Shown: piece by piece, positions 1 through 7,418 of the stretch
How the letters are laid out: each line of letters starts with the position of its first letter
Position numbering within the stretch: position 1 is the first letter of the stretch
IMG/VR virus record: IMGVR_UViG_3300033121_000943
Location: 7,140-71,139 of that record
Source of the DNA: a virus
Lineage: Duplodnaviria; Caudoviricetes
Length of the DNA: 64,000 nt
Strand: one strand, 5' to 3'
Notes under the pieces: model-generated
Told to the model about the DNA's origin: nothing
The model's database searches: none
The model's input: the letters and a program-made list of their open reading frames with translations, nothing else
Made by a program: the position numbers and the translations under genes

Positions 1-512
1 ACAATCTCGTCCGCACACTGGACTGGAAAACAGTCTGTTGCCTTAAGGTAATTCAGTGAAGCAGTGTCCATACCAGCCAGGATAGTTGGTACGGCGTCTG
101 CGTAGGTATCGATGTTCGTCATTACTAACCATTTCTTAGTCTCATAGTCTAAGAACTGAAGAGCGGTTTCGTAACCGTCCTTCCCGATATCTCCGAACAC
201 GATACCGGCGATAACAAGCCATTTCACGAGAAAAGAACTGCCCAACGAACTACCTCTTGCGACGTAAGTCCATTCAACAACTTTCTTAGCTGCCTCGGTA
301 GCCTCCTCGACGCCGATAGATCGAACAACCTCGAGTAGCGGAAAAAAGTCTTTGTCCGCTTTCAAAGATTCCCACATTTCCTTGGCTCGATCCATGCCTT
401 TGAGCTCTTCGTTGGGTAGCTCTAAGTCGGCCACGACAGCTGTCGCCATGGCGACCGACATGTCCGACACCCTCTTAAGAATTTCTGTTTTCGCCGCCAT
501 AGATGCTGCCAT
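1..512 (-). CDS. hypothetical protein, runs off the left edge (MAASMAAKTEILKRVSDMSV...)
   Basis: Translated by hand: open from ATG at 512 to position 1; start overlaps the 3' end of the 475..2574 ORF; not in the supplied track. Confidence 0.6.
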   Translation of the reverse strand, partial: MAASMAAKTEILKRVSDMSVAMATAVVADLELPNEELKGMDRAKEMWESLKADKDFFPLLEVVRSIGVEEATEAAKKVVEWTYVARGSSLGSSFLVKWLVIAGIVFGDIGKDGYETALQFLDYETKKWLVMTNIDTYADAVPTILAGMDTASLNYLKATDCFPVQCADEI

Positions 513-2547
513 ATTTTGATTCCATCGTGTGAGTAATACGTAGTACGTCGACTATTTCGCCTAGGCTCTTTTGAAGCGTTTCTTTCACCGGTAAGTTTCT
601 GCGTATGGCAGATATTAATTGTCTGCCGAAAGCATCCAGTGATTTAACGATGTTGCCGAAACATCGTTCTGCCGATAGCGACCCTATATGGTTCGATAAG
701 TTTTTCGGGAACCTATCCCTGCAACTTACCCTCATACTGCCGTGGTATTCGCGTGTCCTTTGGATATGCGTCATTGGGAAAGCCGTTGGAGCGATGAAGC
801 CTATGTCCGAGCTACTAACACCGTCGATAGCAGATAAGACTTTGGCCATGGCTATTAGCTCTTTCTCGTTTACGACAGGTAGCCAACTGATGCCAGCTGA
901 TTCCGGAAAAGACATGCCGAACAAGATATGTAGGGCCGAGGCACCTAATAACGGATGATACGTTGCAGCGTTCTTATCATCGCTACTTGCAATGAATGTG
1001 TAGATCACATTAGGGGCGTACTCCAAAGAGAACGAGTCGTATAGCTTATGTGTAAGCCACGGCTTGATCTCCATTGAATTGTTTTCCAACACTTTTGGCA
1101 TAGATGCCGCAGGCGTGGACAAGATGATGTGATCACCAAAGGCTTCCATGAACCGAGATAACGCCGCCAACGACGTCAGTGAACTGATTTTGTTTCTAGT
1201 CAAATACTCTCGGTTGTATACCCTGAGAATAGACACGTCTTTGTTGAACTGTGCGTTCGACGTAGTCGCACCTACCGCGTATTTTATGAGCTCTTCGTTA
1301 GACTCCTCCATACTGTCCAGTATGGCTTTCGGGAGATAGCCGTAATCATCTCGATGCTTACCGTAACACGCTGTACGTATCATCGAAACTTTGCTGACAG
1401 TGTTGTCGACTTTCTTGGGCTTACTAGCTTCGACATACGGTAGTTTTTTAGCCTCGTGCCAATCCGCCCATATCAGCTTGGCTACGGTAGGACTTAATAC
1501 AAACACGTCGGCATAGCGACCATACGAAGTCGAGTTTCGAACATTTCTACTGAAAGCCGTCTCTGACCCGCGTAGCTTCTCGTAAGTCAGATCGCTGTCG
1601 CATACGCGGACGTCGACCGTTCGCTTGTACACCTTCCAGCTAATAGCTCCGTTGAAGGCTTTTTCTCCTTGAAAAGCAGCTTTAGAGTATCGAGAGTATC
1701 GGCTGAACTTACCTAACAGGTAGTGCAGGTCCTGGCCTTTTAACGAATCTAAAACGACTTGCGGATCATAGTCTGCGTTTGGACGCATAAGACGCGACAA
1801 CTTTTGGTGTTCGTCAACATCGCTGAATCTTACAGTGCCCGGTTCGACGAGAAGGGCGTCGATCCTGTCGTTCACGGCCTTATGAGCAAAGCCTACCTTG
1901 ATATCACTGAGTGCGTTGACAGGTATCGAGTCAACGACCATGGAAGCAGATATCGTATGGCTTTCTGTAACCAGCACGAGATCCGTCATGTCGCTTTGAA
2001 ATACGGCCAACAATGTCACTTGACCAGAGGACGCGTCTCTGTTGGTCAAAACCCATAAGTCTTTTTCAACAGATGAATGTGGTGTTATTAGTTCGACCCT
2101 GACCGAACCATTGACCGATACCTCGGCGAAACTGCCGTCGTTTTTGTCTAAGAACGTCTTATCGACCAACGACGGATAGTTCATGCCGATCAGGCTTTTC
2201 AAAACTATCGCGACGGACCAATTTGTTTTCACAAGAAAATGTACGTACAGAACCTCTGTACCGTCACTGCGTATCAGCTCCATCTTGAGCTGGCCGGTCT
2301 GTATAGCGACCGCGTTGTCCAACGCGGCCATGACGTCTGAGTTACGACCGAACTTACTATAGTCGACCGATAGCAACACTCTGTGTGCTGTTATGCTTAT
2401 CTTCTTTACCACCGGAGCGGCGTAGTCTAGAAACGTCTTGAGAAACCCGACGCATTCTTTATCGAAGTCGGGTTTCTCTCGTTCAGATATAGACTTGATC
2501 GCCTTAATTAATTTACCAGAGCGATCGGTGCTCATTGTCGCTGTCAT
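475..2547 (-). CDS. large hypothetical protein (~690 aa)
   Basis: Long ORF; ATG at 2547 overlaps the upstream TGA (ATGA), so preferred over 2574; no motif recognised. Confidence 0.8.
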   Translation of the reverse strand: MTATMSTDRSGKLIKAIKSISEREKPDFDKECVGFLKTFLDYAAPVVKKISITAHRVLLSVDYSKFGRNSDVMAALDNAVAIQTGQLKMELIRSDGTEVLYVHFLVKTNWSVAIVLKSLIGMNYPSLVDKTFLDKNDGSFAEVSVNGSVRVELITPHSSVEKDLWVLTNRDASSGQVTLLAVFQSDMTDLVLVTESHTISASMVVDSIPVNALSDIKVGFAHKAVNDRIDALLVEPGTVRFSDVDEHQKLSRLMRPNADYDPQVVLDSLKGQDLHYLLGKFSRYSRYSKAAFQGEKAFNGAISWKVYKRTVDVRVCDSDLTYEKLRGSETAFSRNVRNSTSYGRYADVFVLSPTVAKLIWADWHEAKKLPYVEASKPKKVDNTVSKVSMIRTACYGKHRDDYGYLPKAILDSMEESNEELIKYAVGATTSNAQFNKDVSILRVYNREYLTRNKISSLTSLAALSRFMEAFGDHIILSTPAASMPKVLENNSMEIKPWLTHKLYDSFSLEYAPNVIYTFIASSDDKNAATYHPLLGASALHILFGMSFPESAGISWLPVVNEKELIAMAKVLSAIDGVSSSDIGFIAPTAFPMTHIQRTREYHGSMRVSCRDRFPKNLSNHIGSLSAERCFGNIVKSLDAFGRQLISAIRRNLPVKETLQKSLGEIVDVLRITHTMESKYGSIYGGENRNS

Positions 2548-3239
2548 TCTCTCTTTCTTTCGGCTTTCAGCCAACGAAGTTTATCACCCAAGCATAAACG
2601 ACAGGTCTCACACGACAGCTTGTCGTGATTGATCTCTTTGCCGGGCTTACGTTCAACAGGGCACACAACGGTGCCACCTGTCCATCTATTAACTACATCG
2701 TGTCTTACAACTCGAAACACTAGATCCACCACGTAATCCGGCGAGTCATTGTTATCGATCGCCATGTACGCCCTACCGACCCTACGATGAGTAGGTGGTC
2801 GCCCTGTGTCTTTATCACAGGAAAACCACGCACTCACATTTGGGCAGTCGATTAGTTCGTACAGATTGTCGAGGAGTTGACTCTTTCGCCATGATCTCGT
2901 GTAGAAGTAGAACCGCGTGTCAGGGTTCTCGTCAGCTATCTGGATCCATTTGTAGATGTAGCTGTTACTGTCGAAGTCGCCGCTTACGTGAATCCGTAAT
3001 GTCTTGATCGAATTCGCGGCTATCTCATCTGTAATGAGACTTACAAAGTTTCGCTGCTTCCTGGCAGCGTCTCGTTCGACTAGAGCATCCGTCACCGACG
3101 GATAAGCGTAGAAACCTTTCTTAGCGTAGCATGCATCAGCACATGCTTTCGTTTTGCCGGGGCAGGTTTTCCCGGCCGGGATCGAGAAGTGCCAGATGTT
3201 ATGTCCGAGCTTCCTGTTCCCCCGAATCAACAAAGCCAT
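2544..3239 (-). CDS. phage Gp88-like Cys-cluster (radical-SAM-like) protein
   Basis: FSIPAGKTCPGKTKACADACYAKKG, RIHVSGDF, FYFYTRSW and C-terminal CP...CETCRLC resemble the GP88 family. Confidence 0.65.
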   Translation of the reverse strand: MALLIRGNRKLGHNIWHFSIPAGKTCPGKTKACADACYAKKGFYAYPSVTDALVERDAARKQRNFVSLITDEIAANSIKTLRIHVSGDFDSNSYIYKWIQIADENPDTRFYFYTRSWRKSQLLDNLYELIDCPNVSAWFSCDKDTGRPPTHRRVGRAYMAIDNNDSPDYVVDLVFRVVRHDVVNRWTGGTVVCPVERKPGKEINHDKLSCETCRLCLGDKLRWLKAERKRE

Positions 3240-3798
3240 CAATGAATACCTTTTCCATCAATTCCTCCGTAGCGTCTTCACATGCGATTTTCGTTATTTC
3301 GTTCTCGTACAGAACTTTGGTCTTACGGATAGCGACCGTAATGTGAAAACTAAGTGTTTTGTCGCCCTTCTTTGGAAGAGCAGGCAATCCGTAGCTCTTA
3401 CGGAGCATTTCCAGCTCCGGAGACTTTACCGTTAGAAACCATACCTTCGATACGCCGTCCCAACTAAGTGGACGTACTTCTCTGAGTTCTCCGACCTGAT
3501 ACTTAAAGATCCTGCCGGTCTCTGTAATATTTTTGGCGCCGATCTTATCGACTTCCTCTCTCCGCATCACGCTGATGTGTGCATTAAAGGAGCCATCCGT
3601 GTGCCGAGGCAACTCGATGCCCGGAACGTGTAACGCCGCGAAAAAACCATGTACTACGGAATTAGGTACTTCCAGTAACAGCCAGCCGCTCTTGGATAGT
3701 ACAAGACGACCAGACAGGGCGTATACGGGAATTGCATCATGGTATTCCGCATTTTTAGTGCGGATTTTTGTTTCATCGTGATAGCCACAATTACTCAT
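3199..3798 (-). CDS. 2H phosphoesterase family protein
   Basis: Two H-x-[S/T]-hydrophobic motifs (AHISV, FHITV); present start probably the ATG at 3798 inside the TnpB element end. Confidence 0.75.
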   Translation of the reverse strand: MSNCGYHDETKIRTKNAEYHDAIPVYALSGRLVLSKSGWLLLEVPNSVVHGFFAALHVPGIELPRHTDGSFNAHISVMRREEVDKIGAKNITETGRIFKYQVGELREVRPLSWDGVSKVWFLTVKSPELEMLRKSYGLPALPKKGDKTLSFHITVAIRKTKVLYENEITKIACEDATEELMEKVFIDGFVDSGEQEART

Positions 3799-3900
3799 GG
3801 TCTTATACCACTCCACAAACGTTTTGAGTCTCCCAGTACCCCTGGGCGACATTTCGTAAATTACAGGCTGCATTGAAATCTCGATCGTGTTCCGAGTCGC
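3721..3900 (-). ncRNA. putative TnpB omegaRNA scaffold plus guide (5' limit approximate)
   Basis: tnpB 3' end reads GTGGAG..TAAGACC..GGC..GATGAAACAAAAATCC, then hairpin TCCGCA-N7-TGCGGA (3746-3764), the usual layout of IS605 right ends. Confidence 0.55.
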
Positions 3901-4930
3901 AATTACCACACACCCATCGCTCCTCTAGTTTCAGCTCTTTGTTGACTTTCTCACAGACATGGCACGTTTTGGATGACGGATAAAACTTGTCTGCTTTCAC
4001 TAAGAGTCGACCGTACCAAGCAGTCTTGTAGGTTAGCATTTCAAGAAAACAACCTAAACCAGCATCGGCGATGCTTTTAGCAAAAGATGTCTTCATCAAA
4101 CCGTTCAACGACAAACTCTCCACACCAATCACTTGGTTCTCGTTAATTAGTTTTCGAGAAAGTTTATGCTGAAAATCTTTCCTCCGATTAACTATCTTCT
4201 CTGTTAATCGTGATATTTTATTTTTTACCTTTAACCTATTACTAGAGCCTTTCGCTTTTCTAGCAAGCAAACGCTGAAGTCTAGCTAACTTTCTAGCGTT
4301 TTTACGCAACCATCGTGGATTACTGATATGTTCTCCTGTACTGAGAGTGGCGAAATGTCGTAAACCAACGTCTACACCTACCACTGTCTCAATCTGTGGT
4401 AACGGTACAAAATCTCTCTCGCACACGATCGTTACGAACCACTTACCACTGGGTGATTGTTTGATTCTAGCTGTTTTAATACGACCGATCTGTGGCTGAC
4501 TTTCAACAAATCTTACCCACCCTATTTTCGGCAATTTAATAGTATTGCCGTCTATACGGACATTTTCTTTGTATCCAAAAGAAAGAGGTGTTGATTTTTT
4601 AGACTTAAATTTCGGATAACCGTGTTTTCTACCACTCTTGTTCTTACACCAAGCAAAAAACCTATTGAACGCTTGCGAAAGGTTCTTTGCGGACTCCTGT
4701 AAGCAATGCGTGTATGAGTCCGCTAACCACGGAAACTCTTGTTTGATGTTAGTGATCAACCTGTTGAGTCCGAACGGTGACAGATCCATCTGAACGCCAC
4801 ATTGTTTAGCTTTCGACGCTCTTGACAACAATTCGTTGTAAACAAACCTAGTGTGTCCGCTGAACATCAAGAACATACGTACTTGGTCGGATGTTGGCTT
4901 TAATAAGTACTTGTAGGTTATTGCTGTCAT
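3803..4930 (-). CDS. tnpB: RNA-guided endonuclease TnpB
   Basis: N-terminal TYKYLLKPT..G..RFVYN HTH; RuvC VGVDVG / VESL / DRDFNAA acidic triad intact; CHVC..CGNC zinc ribbon. Confidence 0.95.
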   Translation of the reverse strand: MTAITYKYLLKPTSDQVRMFLMFSGHTRFVYNELLSRASKAKQCGVQMDLSPFGLNRLITNIKQEFPWLADSYTHCLQESAKNLSQAFNRFFAWCKNKSGRKHGYPKFKSKKSTPLSFGYKENVRIDGNTIKLPKIGWVRFVESQPQIGRIKTARIKQSPSGKWFVTIVCERDFVPLPQIETVVGVDVGLRHFATLSTGEHISNPRWLRKNARKLARLQRLLARKAKGSSNRLKVKNKISRLTEKIVNRRKDFQHKLSRKLINENQVIGVESLSLNGLMKTSFAKSIADAGLGCFLEMLTYKTAWYGRLLVKADKFYPSSKTCHVCEKVNKELKLEERWVCGNCDSEHDRDFNAACNLRNVAQGYWETQNVCGVV

Positions 4931-4937
4931 CAACAAT

Positions 4938-4943
4938 ACTATA
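4938..4943 (-). promoter_or_regulatory. possible -10 box (TATAGT) for a leaderless tnpB transcript
   Basis: TATAGT ends 7 nt before the ATG at 4930; no SD sequence; -35 poor. Confidence 0.3.
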
Positions 4944-4972
4944 TTCAGACGGGGTTAAAAAAAGAAAAAACA

Positions 4973-5701
4973 TCATCCGACATGGCAGCTATCTCGTTCA
5001 AGAATAAAGTTTCGGTTTCGCATGTCCGATTGGTTCATATGATGACTACAGCCCACGAAATCGTGAGCTGTATATTGGTGATTCAAATGACCTACCAAGC
5101 TTGGTGTGTGGAAATACACCGGAACGTCGAAACGCTCCAGCGATACACCAATGGACCCTGCTGTGTTCATGCCCATTGAGCTTAACTCGGGCAAGTACGC
5201 TCCGCATAATGTAAGAGCGTGTCGCGAGAATATTAAACAATGGTTGGCTACCCATGAACCATTTACCTTCGACGGGCACCACCCGAAACTGTCGTCACCG
5301 CAATTAGGTCTTACGACATATTCGTCAGGGAAAACCCTGTAAGGAGTGTAAGGCGACCAGATAGCTACGATGGATCTATCGATCGTATTTTCGCAGTAAA
5401 CCGGGAGCTGTTCCCAGCACCTGATGTCGGGCCTTACGAATAAGAAAAGCTCTGTCTGAGCCGCGTATCCGTCGCTCATGGTACGGATAGCCGATCGCCA
5501 CATCGAGTAGTCGTCGTGCCAAGACTTGTCCTGATGCACTACGATATCGCGTTGTTTATTAATCTTAGCTTTTGGCGATCCAAACACATGAATGGCGTCG
5601 AAACCCATATGTCGCAACTGACGAACCATCTGGTCGGCAGCTGACTTACTCTCCGTAGAGTCTACAAGAATAGCAACCTTCCAATGGTCTCTTACGCTCA
5701 T
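4973..5701 (-). CDS. hypothetical protein, possibly a degenerate GT-A glycosyltransferase
   Basis: VYFHTPSLVGH resembles the PSLVQH motif; the DxD position reads RPD. Confidence 0.4.
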   Translation of the reverse strand: MSVRDHWKVAILVDSTESKSAADQMVRQLRHMGFDAIHVFGSPKAKINKQRDIVVHQDKSWHDDYSMWRSAIRTMSDGYAAQTELFLFVRPDIRCWEQLPVYCENTIDRSIVAIWSPYTPYRVFPDEYVVRPNCGDDSFGWCPSKVNGSWVANHCLIFSRHALTLCGAYLPELSSMGMNTAGSIGVSLERFDVPVYFHTPSLVGHLNHQYTAHDFVGCSHHMNQSDMRNRNFILERDSCHVG

Positions 5702-5842
5702 GCCGCGGTCCCGTTACAGGTTGAGAATCCTATGTCTCGTCAAATTAATGACTTCCGTGGCATCTAAGATCGTCGATCGAGGATGGGGCTGTCAACAGCC
5801 TTACCTGTCTTAAGCCCCTATATCCGGAGATTACATTAGTTC

Positions 5843-7156
5843 TTAGAACAAAGGATCGGCCTGAGGAGGTTGCGGTGCCGGAGTGAAGATACGGGCGACT
5901 CGCGACATCCGGCTTAGGGCAGCTTGCATATGCTCGGGCGATTGAAAACCTAATTCAATCGCTGTGTTACGCATTTTTTCCTGCAAAGCTTCCTCGGCCG
6001 AGCCGATCGGATTCGTAATGTAATCGTGGCCAGTTAGTCTTTGCTGTATTCCTCCAAGTACGCCAAGACCACCGGCGTATCTGACGGCTTTCTGAGCGTA
6101 AGGACTTGAGTTGACAGTCTTAAGCCCCTTACTAATGGTGTTGCCTAAAGCTGCACCACCAGGAAGTCTACGCAAAGCCACAGGTAGCAAACCGGCAGCT
6201 AGGCCCATCGTACCCAAGGTGCCGTTATTTTCTTCGCCAGTCAGATACGTACCGGCCATATCGGCCGCCATACCAAGGCCACCGGTGCCCATAGTGTTCT
6301 GGAACGTTTCATTATTCCAGATACGACCGCCGATGTCTTTAACTTGATTCCAAAGACTGGAAGTGGGCCTAGCGATCATATGATGACCACCGAGCCCACT
6401 TCCCGGTCCCACGGGATTTAGCCCTGGAATTACTCTAGCATTGGGGAAACGTGCGGCGCCGTGCATATTTGCGGCCGTAGTAACTGGCCGTCGCACAAAC
6501 TCTCGCCACATCGGGTTAACGTTTGATGGCATCGCGTTCGCGACTTGATCCTTAGCCTTTACAACCCCTTTGGAGATACCGGCAACAGTGTTACCGACGA
6601 CTCTCGCTGGCATGGCCGTTGATCTAGCTGCAGCGTTCGCCACAGGGGCAGCCTTACCAGCGATAGACGCGGCACCAGGAGCCATCCTGGCAGCGTTATT
6701 CACCGCTGGGGCAGCCTTCATTGCCCAAGGCATAACCTTGGCAGCTTGGCCCATCGCAGACATTCCTATGCGGGCTAACGCTCCGTAGACAGCGTCTTTA
6801 CGAAGGCTGTTTTCCTGGCTCCCCCGCTTTTCCATCTGCGACTGGCTTTGCAGGAGTACTAACTGCTCCGCCATCTTTCGCACCGCCGATTGCTGCGGTA
6901 ACTGGCTTGGTTGGGACGGGGCTGGACTTACGGATTTGAGCGATCGGTTTTGGTTTTGCAACATCTGCTGCTGACCTATCGTTGGTATTTGTGGCATTTG
7001 CGGTTTTACCGGAAACATCGACAACGGGTGGATTGTTTGCTGCGATCGCTGGTTTGGCGTCTGCAGCGTGTGCTTGCCCGTCCCCAGATTTCCCGTCAGG
7101 TTGAACGCCTTTGACATCGTTGTCAGACCCGACTTTGTTCCCCCCGGCGTTGACAT
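5843..7156 (-). CDS. low-complexity A/G/M/Q-rich protein, possible virion-associated protein
   Basis: 437-aa ORF; true start uncertain (359-nt overlap with upstream ORF); K-x-A motifs present. Confidence 0.65.
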   Translation of the reverse strand: MSTPGGTKSGLTTMSKAFNLTGNLGTGKHTLQTPNQRSQQTIHPLSMFPVKPQMPQIPTIGQQQMLQNQNRSLKSVSPAPSQPSQLPQQSAVRKMAEQLVLLQSQSQMEKRGSQENSLRKDAVYGALARIGMSAMGQAAKVMPWAMKAAPAVNNAARMAPGAASIAGKAAPVANAAARSTAMPARVVGNTVAGISKGVVKAKDQVANAMPSNVNPMWREFVRRPVTTAANMHGAARFPNARVIPGLNPVGPGSGLGGHHMIARPTSSLWNQVKDIGGRIWNNETFQNTMGTGGLGMAADMAGTYLTGEENNGTLGTMGLAAGLLPVALRRLPGGAALGNTISKGLKTVNSSPYAQKAVRYAGGLGVLGGIQQRLTGHDYITNPIGSAEEALQEKMRNTAIELGFQSPEHMQAALSRMSRVARIFTPAPQPPQADPLF

Positions 7157-7418
7157 CGTTTTTCGCTTTCTTTTCCTTTACGGGTTTCTCTTCCGTAAGA
7201 AGTTCGGCCAGTTTAATTTTCCCGGCGTCCGTAATTACGTAAGTCTCTTTGGCGCCAGTATAGCCGCGGCAGATGAACTGGTCGACAATTAGTTCGTCGA
7301 TGATAGGTCGTAGCTCAGCGTACTGTTTGCGTTCGATACCCAACCCTTCCGCTACTTCAGCGAACGAGGTCTTGGTATCAGTAATGTTCATGAGAACTTC
7401 TGCTTTTTCTATAGCCAC
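6798..7418 (-). CDS. winged-helix domain protein with disordered tail
   Basis: SFAEVAEGLGI...LRPIIDELIVDQFI...YVITDAGKIKL fits a wHTH pattern; starts directly after the portal stop. Confidence 0.5.
   Translation of the reverse strand: MAIEKAEVLMNITDTKTSFAEVAEGLGIERKQYAELRPIIDELIVDQFICRGYTGAKETYVITDAGKIKLAELLTEEKPVKEKKAKNDVNAGGNKVGSDNDVKGVQPDGKSGDGQAHAADAKPAIAANNPPVVDVSGKTANATNTNDRSAADVAKPKPIAQIRKSSPVPTKPVTAAIGGAKDGGAVSTPAKPVADGKAGEPGKQPS

Larger units (their letters stand above)
3741..4970 (-). mobile_element. TnpB-only (no TnpA) IS200/IS605-family element inserted in the first codons of the 2H gene
   Basis: AT-richer than flanks by eye; both junctions carry ATGATG (4976-4971, 3740-3735); removing it restores ATG TCG GAT GAT GCA ATT...; boundaries ambiguous by ~6 nt. 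Confidence 0.7.

Noticed and set aside
3741-4970. IStron (group I intron plus TnpB), or a target-site duplication
   Set aside because: Only ~40 nt lie upstream of tnpB, too little for a ribozyme; IS200/IS605 elements make no TSD, so ATGATG is treated as junction microhomology
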